Source: Euglena gracilis
Lineage: Eukaryota
Reading direction: 5' to 3'
DNA: 64,000 bases
Assembly (NCBI GenBank): GCA_039621445.1
Contig: CP154954.1
Span: 37,681,703 to 37,745,702, forward strand
Both the position numbers and the translations under genes were made by a program. Under the pieces are notes generated by a model. The model was not told the origin of the DNA. It saw nothing but the letters and a program-made list of their open reading frames with translations, and did not search any database. This document shows, in pieces, positions 23,821-34,679 of this stretch. The stretch's first letter is position 1. Each line of letters starts with the position of its first letter.

Positions 23821-25259
23821 GGGAGCCCGAGGTCCGAGGGCACGGACCTGTGGGCTGATGAACAGATGGAGGTAGGACCTGATCATCCCTACCCCCCCCT
23901 GCCCATTTGCCTTCCTGGTCGGTACCCGAAAATTTTCGGGTCCCCCACCCCCACTCCAACTTTCCGCTCGGAATGTTGTCCAAAGTAGGAAAGGGTTCAT
24001 GGGAAAGCTGGCAATAAAACGTATTTTCGGCAGACCGTTCACTTTGCCTACCCCCCATGGAAGTTTTATTCCAAGCGGAAAAACAAAATTTTTTGTCAAA
24101 AGTCAAAATTCTCATGGACACTGGTTGTCACATTGCACTACTTTTTCGGTTCGGGTTGATACCAACGCCCCTCTTGGTGCAAGCCAGGAAGCCGATCAAA
24201 ATTACGACGGCTGACAACACTTCCATGCGCGCTGGTGAAATGATATGCTTTTTGGATATTGTCCTACCCCTCATCCCCAAGCACCACTCAAACCCCCCCC
24301 AACCGCAAAATTTTCCGGATACCTGGGGATATGCTTCGGGAGTCCATGGTTCTGGCGTAATTTTGGGATACCCCTTTTTTACGTCAGCACCGGCTGGTAG
24401 TGGATTGCCACTCCCACGGTTTGCGAACGTCACCAATCTCTTCATTGCCCCCCAAACCTTCATTACCTGTGGCGTCAACCCCGACGACCACCAGTTTTTC
24501 CACACCGTTTCAAAATTTTTTACCCCGTTACCAACCACACCAACCAACGTTTTCCATACCGGGTGTACCGAGAAAGTTCACCCCCTGCCCATTGACACAC
24601 CAACTTCCGTTCCCCATGGGGCAGGGCAAGCGAGTAGCGGTACCCCTCTCGTTCCACTGGGTTACAAGACGAAAGCCCAAAGGCCTGAAGTTATAACGGT
24701 GTCGAGTAGTCGCCCAGCTGCACTAATACCCCGTTTTCCACCAGATGTACCGCTTTCAGACACATCTGCACACCCCCAAACAGCTACAAAAGCGCATCCC
24801 AACTTTTACACACACCCTCACCAGACCAACATGCGCGACCAGGACCATTACTCCGATACTTCCTTCCAATGCGTGCACTGTTGGAGAATTTCCGCCGAGC
24901 CAGATTTGGATTGTGGATGTTTAGTCCAAACACCAACACTAATCCCGATTTCGGTCACCCATACACTTGGTTGCGGATCGCAATGCGCGACTGTACATCA
25001 AGTGCTCCAACAACGAGGTATTGCCTTGTTGTTTGGGACCGCAAAATCCGTGTCACACACCTCCCCCACCTCCATCTGGCACGATATGGACTGGGTATGC
25101 ACCCATCCAACCCATCAACCCTTGGGAATGCCAATCAGGAGTGTGGATGACACACCCCTGACCTATGTTTGCGGATCCCTGAATTGCGTTACTGCTCTTC
25201 AACCCGCGAACCAGGTCGACACCTACGGGATGCGTGTATGGAACGCATTTAAGTTTGGT

Positions 25260-25670
25260 CAATACCGTATTTTGTAGGAATGGTTCTCCAAAATCGCGGC
25301 TTTGGCTGGTTCCTTCGATTTGTCGTCGGAAATGGATGCGTTTTCATCAAAAGCACATGCGCGCTTGTTGCAATATTGGTCGCGACACTCAAACGCGTTT
25401 CTAAAATTTTGGGGTGATACAGTGCTCTGGATGCTCCCTCCCCCAAAACTTATCCTGGATGTGGTGGAGAAAATCCTCCGCGATGAAGCGCGAGGAGCTC
25501 TCCTCATTCCCGTCAATCCGAATGCGGATTGGTTTCACCAATTATCCTATGTGTGTTTTCGTTGGTTGGATTTACTCGCTGATGTACCACTATTTGAGGA
25601 TTTTTGTGGTTTATTATTACCACCCGTTGAAGAAATCATTTTTCACGTTTGTTTCTTTGACGCATTCGGT
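25260..25670 (+). CDS. Dam/DIRS-type N6-adenine methyltransferase-like domain between PR and RT
   Basis: YRIL.EWF.KI...EMDAFSSKAHARLLQYWS..SNAFLKFWGDTVLWMLPPPKLILDVVEKILRDEARGALLIPVNPNADWF follows the DIRS-MT pattern DLFAS..N..L..Y.S..DAF..W....Y.xPP..LI..VL.KI...LI.P.W..WF. Confidence 0.75.
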
Positions 25671-26708
25671 ATATCCGATCTGCGTGTGTCAAGATACCTT
25701 GGTACGGATGGGGATGCCACACCCTCAACACACATTCCTGCTGGCATTGACAACGCGACCAACACCCCAAGTCTGCTGACTATTGTTCGCGAATTACTCG
25801 CTAATTCCATGGTGTACTGGATAACCCAGTTTACGCCTGCGACGTCGACCCCGCGATTCGCGGTCCGTTCGGTGTTTGCAAAATTGAGCTCAAGGATGGC
25901 GCTAAACCCATGTACCGGAAATTCTTCCGTTGTTCGGGTGAACGCGACAAGCTCTCAACGAGATGATTGAGACGCTCATCCAGCGGAAGTGGATTATCCC
26001 TTCCGAGAGGAATGGACATCACAAGCCTTTGTGGTGCCCAAACCTGCTGACCAGTCTGGTCAGAAGAAGTGCAGACTAGTGCTGGATTACCGGTACCTGA
26101 ACTCCCAAATGAAAAATGACCCCTTCTCGTTACCGCTGATCGAGGATTTGATCACAAGACAATCGGATAACTGGTCGTGGTCAATCTTTGATCTGGATGA
26201 CGGTTTCCACCAGATGCATTTGCATCCGGATTCGCAACCGTATACGGCTTTCGTGACATCCAAGGGTGTGTACCAATGGACGGTACTCCCCATGGGTGTT
26301 AAGAATGGCCCAGCACGATCCAGTGGGTTTTGCGCGATTTACCGTTTGCTCTGGTGTACATCGATGATGTACTGGTGGGAACCCAACCACCATCCGCGAA
26401 AAATGGCAAGGATATCCTCGAACTGCATTATCGCGATGTGCGGGCGGTATTGTCCGCGTTCAAAAAGCATTTGCTCTTTGAGAAGGGATCCAAAATGCAA
26501 CTGTTTCGCAAAATTATTAAGTTTTGCGGGAATATGCTGAGCAACTGGCAGCGTAAAGTGCACCCAGTAAGATGGAGGCCATTAAGAAATGGACTCCTGA
26601 GGTCATTAAGACCTTAACGCATTTAAAGGGATATTTTGGGATTAGCCCAATATTACGCGATTTACTTGAAAGATTTTGCGAAAATCGCGGTACCCCTAAC
26701 CCGAAAGC

Positions 26709-27566
26709 TTAAAATTTGGACACCCGATAACGCAAAAGTCATTTGGTATGACGAAATGCGCGAGGCCTTGAATAAAATCAAGGACTTGCTCCTCGGGAAC
26801 GTGGTTCTCGATATCGCGGGTTCATACAAACCGTATTTCCTGGAAGTCGACAGCAGCGATTACGCTGTTGGCGGGGTTCTTAGTCAGCATAATGCGTCGA
26901 ATGAACTCCGACCTGTGGCTTTCTTCAGCAGGAAGCTACAGGGCGACAACGGGAAAGGACAGGTTAAATGGAGCATTCGCGAAACGGAGACATATGCCAT
27001 TGTGCTTATTCTCCAGAAATTCCGCAGCTGGATAGCCAGCAGCTTGGTCCAGATACTCGTGTTGACGGATCATGAGAGCCTTCAACACTGGTATACCGAG
27101 GACCTAAACAACGCCATGTCATCAGTGGGCAGAAGATTTAAAATTTGGACACCCGATAACGCAAAAGTCATTTGGTATGACGAAATGCGCGAGGCCTTGA
27201 ATAAAATCAAGGACTTGCTCCTCGGGAACGTGGTTCTCGATATCGCGGGTTCATACAAACCGTATTTCCTGGAAGTCGACAGCAGCGATTACGCTGTTGG
27301 CGGGGTTCTTAGTCAGCATAATGCGTCGAATGAACTCCGACCTGTGGCTTTCTTCAGCAGGAAGCTACAGGGCGACAACGGGAAAGGACAGGTTAAATGG
27401 AGCATTCGCGAAACGGAGACATATGCCATTGTGCTTATTCTCCAGAAATTCCGCAGCTGGATAGCCAGCAGCTTGGTCCAGATACTCGAGTTGACAGATC
27501 ATGAGAGCCTTCAACACTGGTATACCGAGGACCTAAACAACGCCATGTCATCAGTGGGCAGAAGAC
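26709..27566 (+). repeat. 429-bp near-perfect in-frame tandem duplication of RNase H
   Basis: Units start at 26709 and 27138; KIWTPDNAK...SSVGRR occurs twice in ORF 26636-27688; only about 2 substitutions seen. Confidence 0.95.
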
Positions 27567-29554
27567 GCCGATGGCATGAGTTCTTGAGCCAGTTTATCCT
27601 GGTGGTTATCTATACCCCAGGTCACACACAAAAAGTGGCGGATCCTCTCAGCCGAGCCCCCCTGGTAGTATCCTGGGAACCCGGATGAGGGTGACGCGAC
27701 TTTTCATGGCAGCCATGAGGCTGACCGGTTCGCACGTCGATCCGACGCTGCGGACAACATGCTCGATTCACTACCCGTTTCCTGGGTATATCGCAGCATC
27801 GCCATTTCACCATTGCGTGGAAGGCGCCGGCGTGGACGCACTGCCGGACCCCGTCGCATTACGCGTACGGAAACTCCTACCCCCCTATTTTTCCGCGAAT
27901 GGGATTATTCGCGTGACCCTATATAGTACCATTGTGAATAGACTTCGTAATGGTGAATCCATAGAGAATTACTCTCTATCACCATTGCACCTTATTTTCC
28001 GGAATGATTCTGGTTATAAATATTGTATGCCCCAAGACCTGGTTGATGATGTGATTTTGAGCTGTCACAACCATGGCCACCCTGGGGCCCCCAAACTTCT
28101 TTCTCTAGTGGGTCGCAAATATTGCACAACCCTGAGTGAAAAAAGATTTATATTCGCGCTGTTTGCAAATTTTGCAACGGTGCCAAATCTGTCAGGCTGT
28201 GAAACCGCGCAGAGGTACCCCCCTGGTAGGATGGACTTTTAACTCGTACCACCACACATTTTTACGTCCCTCTGCAATGATTTTCTCGAACTTGAAACTT
28301 GCAAAGGATCAGTCGACAAAATTTCCGATTACTTTTTTGTTGTCGTCTGTCGGTTGAGTGGGTACATAGTAGCCATTCCATGCCGGAAAGCGGGGTTGAC
28401 AGCCCAAACTTTGGCATCCATATTCCTGGAGATGTGTCTGCTTAATGGGTTTACCGAACGAAATCCGTAGTGATCAAGATCACTTGATCTCTTCGCGGTT
28501 TTTCACAACTTTGTGCGATTTACTCGGCACTAAGCAGCATTTTTCAACTATATACCGCCAGAAAGGCAATGGTAGAGCCGAGGCAGCCGTGAAATCTGTT
28601 GTCAATATGCTTCGCCTTTCACTGGCTGACTCGGGTAAGAATTGGTTATCCGTTCTTCATTGGTGTTTATTTTACGTCAATACCTTGCCAGGGTTGGTAT
28701 TACCACACTCGCCATACAAAATTGTTTTTGGACGGGATCCTCCGGCCATAGGGGATATCCCCTCGGAAGTACCCGCCCGAAGTAGCGTCAGCTGTGAAAC
28801 GTGGTTTGCAGAAGTGGAATCACTCCGACCTGAAGTCCAATCACGTACCACAGAAATTCATTCCAACAAAAGGAAATCGTTTTTACAAACTTCAACACAC
28901 CTGTGCATAGTTCGGGTGACCGCGTGTGGGTACGGAGTAACCGCACCCGCATGCAACCTTCCAAGCTAGATCCTCTTTGGGTCGGACCATGCGAAATTTT
29001 GGAGAGGTTAGGTAGTAGCGGGCGATATAAAGTTGCCTTGCAGTTGCCTTGCCCAACAGGATTGAGGACATCCATATGGACAAGTTCCCACCGTACCTAA
29101 GCACCCCGGACGGAAACGCAATCCCCTGCCTATATTTCAAGCCCCGTTCCAGAGTACCTGAAACGGACGACTTTGTGGTCGATAAGATAATAGACCACAA
29201 GGTCGACAGGAATGTGCCCTACGGAAACGTTCGTTGGAAATGGTATGGGCCAGAGGAGGACACTTGGGAGCCAGCATCCAGTTTTGTTGGCTATACCCAT
29301 CAGGATTGGAAGCTGTGGAACAAGCGCAGTAACGTAAACATAAACATAAACACTTTCTGAAACGATTTCGTTTTGGAGAATGCGTGCGTTTTATGTGAAT
29401 GTTTCGTGTTTATGCCCCCCTGCACTTCCTCCTTTCTCTATCTTTGTCGCAGAGTTTTTTGATTAGGATAGAAGCCTTCTTTTTCAGTGCGCCAGCACAC
29501 AAACCGACTGACATCAAAGTTTCCCTTCGTTGCAGTCGTTGTTCGGGTAGCATC

Positions 29555-32216
29555 ATGCTTCCTGGGCACTGACCTGGACCACGTTCCACTATGGCCGCAG
29601 CCTTCTGGCGCGCCATACCCCCAGTACCCTCAGTATGCTGAGGCCCCGATTCCGGGTGCCCCACATGCTGAGAGGGCTTCAGCCCCGGTATTCGCCGCGG
29701 ATACCAGCAGCCGGTCCGCATATGCGGTACCAGATGCATCTGCCGTCCAGCAGCCGGCATCTCAGCCACCAGGGCAGCACAGATCGCGCCTGCCCCCGTA
29801 TGCGGGAGAGATGACATTCCGAACTACGAAGACGTTGGAGCGGGCGATGCGCATGTGCGCACACTCCCAAACGGAGCCCTTTATGCAAGCCCTTTGGGAT
29901 GCACACTGTGCTCAGTTGTTGGTGGTAGCCAACCCGCCTGTGGCTCAGTGGTGACCCTGTGGTCAATCCCTGATGACGGGGAGACGTTTTTTCTCGTCGG
30001 CATCCAATTCCGGATTCCAGCATGGAAAGACAGTGATGGACCTGGGCGTGTATGTACCGCCCATGCTGCAAACGCAGACGCCGGTGGGATCACACACCGT
30101 GCAGATGCGTGAGCACACGCCCCTACCGGTACGTGAGGCTGTGCATGTCCCACCTGGGATGAAGGCAGGTCTGGCAGTATTTCCTGCCACCCTGAAGCGC
30201 GACAGGACTACGGAGAACCTTACCACACAGCCCAGGCGACCCAGCCCACGGGACGCGGAAGGCTGTGTGGCGATGCAGGTGGAAGCCAGCCAGGATACCC
30301 CGGCTGGACGACCACCGGCAGAGGCACAGGGAGGTGATGGGCCGTCCTTTTGCCGCAATGCCACCGCCGATCCCTCCGGTATGGAAGGAGCCGCGACCCC
30401 CTACGTCGAAGCCAAGCCCACGCCAGGTTCTTAGCCAGCGCCCAGCCACGCCATCACCGCGACATGCAGCGGAGCGGCCAGGTCCCTCCCCAGAGATGGA
30501 ATGGGAAGGAACCGAAACGACTCCTGCGGCACCCAGCGCCCGACCTTCTGGTATTCGCCGGACGGGAAAGGACACAGGCAAGGCCGAAGGCAAAGGCAAG
30601 GTAGAGGGCAAAGGCGTGGCCAGCAAAGGGAAGGGTGAGGGCAAAGGTGAGGGTAAAGGTAAGGGAACAGCACGTGTAGAAGAACCAGCAGAAGTCCTAT
30701 CGGACTTGGAGCATATGCTCAGGTTCAAGGAGGAGCTGGAGGACGAAGGCTGGCGAAGGCAGCATGGTTACCATGTTGCAGGAAACCGCCCCTTCACCCC
30801 TCCATAAGCAGTCATCGATGTGTATTACATTACATTAGGTATTACACCACACCAAGAACACAGTCAGACTATTCCATTTATGGAATAGATCTGTACTCCT
30901 TCGAAGGTGAAGGTGGCAGACCCTTGCTGGGTGTCCAGCCGGGTTTGTGGGAGCTCTGGTTTTGGCTGGGATACCCCTGCCAGAACTGGGGACTCTTCAG
31001 CGACTCGACTGGTCGCATTTACCCGCACCAGTTGGGATTTCGGGAGCAGCGTGTGTTGGCCCGAAGGCTGAAGGCAATCTTAGACGGTATTCATACAGTC
31101 GGCCCCCTCGGCCTGCAGTTGGAATTCTACGCACTGCACCCCGACATCGAACGCCTGATCGAGGTGTTGTGGTGCAACAACCTCCAGGTGTGGCTGGTGA
31201 GCCATTACGGCTCCACCTTCCGCGTGAGGCGTGTTTCGCTGGCTTACCCGCAGAGGTATGACCTGTGTTGTAAGTACTGCCGGCATGAATTTCCTGTCGA
31301 AATTCTGGGGATTCGGCGTGCGCGGAAGTCCTCCACCGCCTCGGGATAACCCGGGCCTGGAGATGGGACGCCGCATGCTTATGCATGTGTGCCGCGACGC
31401 CCCGGATGTCCAGGGCAGATGTCGCCGAGTCCACAAGCAGCGTATTTTTATGCTGCAGCAGTTCTGGTGGCGAGCCTGGACCACCTCTGTCGTGGAGGTG
31501 TATATACATCTCCGTGACGTCCGTGACGATAGGCCTGGTATGGAAAGCCTGCCACCGGATTACGGTGACGCAATCGAGGGTCCTCGTCGTCGGATTATCG
31601 GCCACCTGCGCCCCAACTGGCACCTGGCTGATATCAGCCTGGAAGAACATTTGCGGCGACAGTTTGGCGGTACCATCGACCGGGAGGTATTCCTTTCGCT
31701 GATTTTGTAACCCGCAGGCCATCCTCGAACAGCGTATGCCGATTCTGACATGCGTTCAGGAGTTCAAGGAGTGCTTTTTCGAGGTCTGTGAGGACACGCG
31801 TTACCGCGGATTCCTGGGCCCGAACAGGCCTGCCAACGCCTGGGTGCAGCCATCATGGCCGCCACCCTGGCACAACAGCGCCAGCAGCAGTATGCTGGCC
31901 TTTTACAGGCTGGCGGACGCACACGACTGCCGATGGCAACCCGACGATCCACATTCGCCCGAGGATCTGCGCGCCCTCATCGCCCCAGAGGATGAACCTC
32001 TGGCGCGAAGCAGACGTGAGGCGTCAGTCGCTTCCACCACCGCGATCCCGCGGCAAGAGGAACGCGAACGCAGCCCCTCTGTCACCATCCTGTAGGCGGC
32101 GCCGCCGTCTCCGACAGGAACGGCTGTCTCCTTGATCTCTGCCCCGCGAGCGGCAGGGGAACGATCAGTTTTATCGGCCCCCGCGGCGTCTCCCGTCTGT
32201 CCACTGGTAGGTGAAG
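29555..32216 (+). pseudogene. Accessory ORF of copy A2 (diverged homolog, 3'-truncated)
   Basis: MLPG start, RLPPYAG, QALWDAHC, KG repeats, GLWELWFWLGYPCQNWG, LAYPQRY, SWPPP..FYRLADA all shared with 876-6319. Confidence 0.82.
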
Positions 32217-34679
32217 ACAGTTAGGTAAAGCCCTTGTTTTTGGAACGCCGGCGCAGCCGATTTCGGCCGAAAATGACGTTTCTGGGGGCAGTCCGTTACT
32301 TACGTGCTATTTTGCGCCTCCCGGGCGGTAACGGCTGCGTTTTATGCACGCCTGCCGCGGGCAAAAATGCGGCTAGCTGCCCGCCGCACTTCGCAATTGT
32401 CAGAAAAAGGATCGCCAACCTCTAGCCGGGGCAGAGCGCTCGCTTTTGGAGTGCCGGCGCAGCCGATTTCGGCCGAAAATGGCCGAAAAATGACGTTTTT
32501 GTGGGCGTCCGTTACTTACGTGCTGTATTGCGCCTCCCGGGCGGTAACGGCTGCGTTTTACGCACGCCCGCGGCAGGCAAATTGGCGGCTCTCCGCCCGC
32601 CGCACTTCGCAACAGGACCGCCGACCTCTAGCCGGGGCACAGGGCTCGTTTTTGGAGCGCCGGTGCAGCCGATTTCGGCGGAAAACGGCCGAAAAAAGAC
32701 GTTTCTGGGGGGCGTTCGTTACTTACGTTCTATTTTGTGCCGCCCGGGCGGTAACGGCTGCGTTTTACGCACGCCCGCCGCGGGCAAAATTACTTCTATC
32801 CGGCCGCCGCCCTTTGCAACAGTTAGGTAAAGGATCGCCGTCCTCTAGCCGGGGCAGAGCGCCCGTTTTTGGACCCACGGCGCAGCCGATACGGCCAACA
32901 CGGGAAAAAATGACGTTACCTACGGACGTACTATTTTGCGCCTCCCGGGCGGTAACCGCTGCGTTTTACGCACGCCCGCCACGAGAAGGACGGCGGGCCG
33001 ATAACCGCAATTTTGGCCGCGGCACGCGTGCGAAAAACGCAGCCGTTCCCGCCCGGGAGGCGCAAAACAGCACGTAAGTATCGGACGCCCCCCAAAAACG
33101 TTGTTTTTTGGCCGTTTTCGGCCGAAATCGGCTGCGCCGGCGTTCCAAAAACGAGCGCTCTGTCCCGGCTAGAGGTCGGCACCCCATTACCTAACTGATG
33201 CAAACGGCGGCGGGCGGATAGCCGCAATTTTGCCCGCGGCGGGGGTGCGTAAAACGCAGCCGTTACCGCCCGGGAGGCGCAAAACAGCACGTAAGTAACG
33301 GACGCCCCCCAAAAGCGTCACTTTTCGGCCGTTTTCGGCCGAAATCGGCTGCACCAGCCTTCCAAAAACGAGCGCTCTGCCCCGGCTGGAGGGCGGCGAT
33401 CCTTTACCTAACTGATGCAAACGGCGGCGGGCCGATAGCCGCAATTTTGTACGCGGCGGGCGTGCGTAAAACGCAGCCGTTAACGCCCGGGAGGCGCAAA
33501 GTAGCATGTAAGTAACGAACGCCCCGGAAAAACGTCACTTTTCGGCCGTTTTCGGCCAAAATCAGCTGCGACAGCGCTCCAAAAACGAGCGCTGTGCCCC
33601 GAATAGTGGTCGATGATCCTTCACCTGACTGTTGCGAAGGGCGGCGGGCCGATAGCCGCATTTTTGCCCGCGGCGGGCGTGCATAGAACGCAGCCGTTAC
33701 CGCCCGGAAGGCGAAAAATAGCACGTAAGTAACGGACGCCTTCCAAAAAGGTCATTTTACGGCCGTTTTCGGCCGGAATTCACTGCGCCGGCGGTCTATA
33801 AACGAGCGCTCTGCCCCGGCTAGAGGTCGGCGATCCTTTACCTAACTGTTGCGAAGGGCGGCGGGCGGACAAATTTTGCCCGCGGCGGGTGTGCGTAAAA
33901 CGCAGCCGTTACCGCCCGGGAGGCACAAAATAGCACGTAAGTAACGGACTTCCCCCAAAAAACGCCATTTTTCGGCCGTTTTAGGCCAAAATCGGATGCG
34001 CCGGCGCTCCAAAAACGAGCGCTCTGCCCCGGCTACTGGTGGGCGATCCTTTGCCTAACTGTTGCGAAGGGCGGCGGGCGGATAGTGTGTACGAGGCGTA
34101 TGCTTCTGTCCCCTTCCGTTGAGGAAGTTAGGATGGAAGCAGAGCCTATTAGGATCTCCTAATGGGTGCCCCTTCTCTCTCCACAGGTGGTATTCTCCTT
34201 TATTCCTTTTCCTTCCTTTCCATCGGACCAGACTTGGTTATCCAGTCCGTCCTCCATGCATTGCACTGTGCTTTGCTTCTTGGGAAGTGGGAAAAGGGTT
34301 TTTACTGTTACTCTGATTTTCAGTTCCCAAGTAGGTGCGCCAAGGCGAAAGCGAAGTTTTTTGGAAATTAGGAAAGGGGAATTAGGAATCAGACGTCCAC
34401 TGATAGCCCGCAAATTTGGGAGCGTTTTAGGAGCGCTGGCGCAGCCGATTTCGGCCGAAAACGGCCGAAAAATGACGTTTTTGGGGGCGTCCGTTACTTA
34501 CGTGCTATTTTGTGCCTCCCGGGCGGTAACGGCTGCGTTTTACGCACGCCCGCCGCGGGCAAAATTGCGGCTACCCGCCCGCCGCCCTTCGCAACGGTTA
34601 GGTAAAGGATCGCCGACCTCTAGCCGGGGCAGTGCGCTCGGTTTTGGAACGCCGGCGCAGCCGATTTCGGCCGAAAACG
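32217..34679. repeat. ~216-bp CpG-rich satellite with two orientation switches
   Basis: ggtaacggctgcgtttt recurs near 32326, 32543, 32749 and 32950 (+); inverted near 33035, 33251, 33468, 33686 and 33897; + again near 34525. Confidence 0.95.
34086..34401 (+). repeat. Solo LTR (short family-A subfamily) with 5-bp TSD GATAG
   Basis: GATAG(34081-34085)-TGTGTACG...GACGTCCACT-GATAG(34402-34406); matches the LTR at 40676-40991. Confidence 0.9.

Larger units (their letters stand above)
23821..29360 (+). pseudogene. pol: pol: PR-(Cys motif)-MT-RT-RH(duplicated)-IN-chromodomain, frameshifted
   Basis: ILMDTGC; LVLDYRYLN, FDLDDGFHQ, PMGVKNGP, YIDD; EVDSSD...TDHESL; HNHGH...CQIC, SDQD, NGRAE; WYGPEEDTWEP. 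Confidence 0.93.
22200..32216 (+). mobile_element. Family A element, diverged subfamily (copy A2), truncated at both ends
   Basis: gag core, PR (DTG 24117-24125), MT, RT (YIDD 26357-26368), RH, IN, chromodomain, accessory ORF; cut off by the satellite. Confidence 0.93.

Noticed and set aside
22200-32216. DIRS element, suggested by the MT domain
   Set aside because: It has an aspartic protease, HHCC/DDE integrase and chromodomain, and the family has direct LTRs, PBS and PPT; no tyrosine recombinase seen
32217-34679. ORFs in the satellite (FCASRAVTAAFYARPP...) as genes, or a CRISPR array
   Set aside because: These are translations of a tandem unit whose length is divisible by 3; there are no unique spacers
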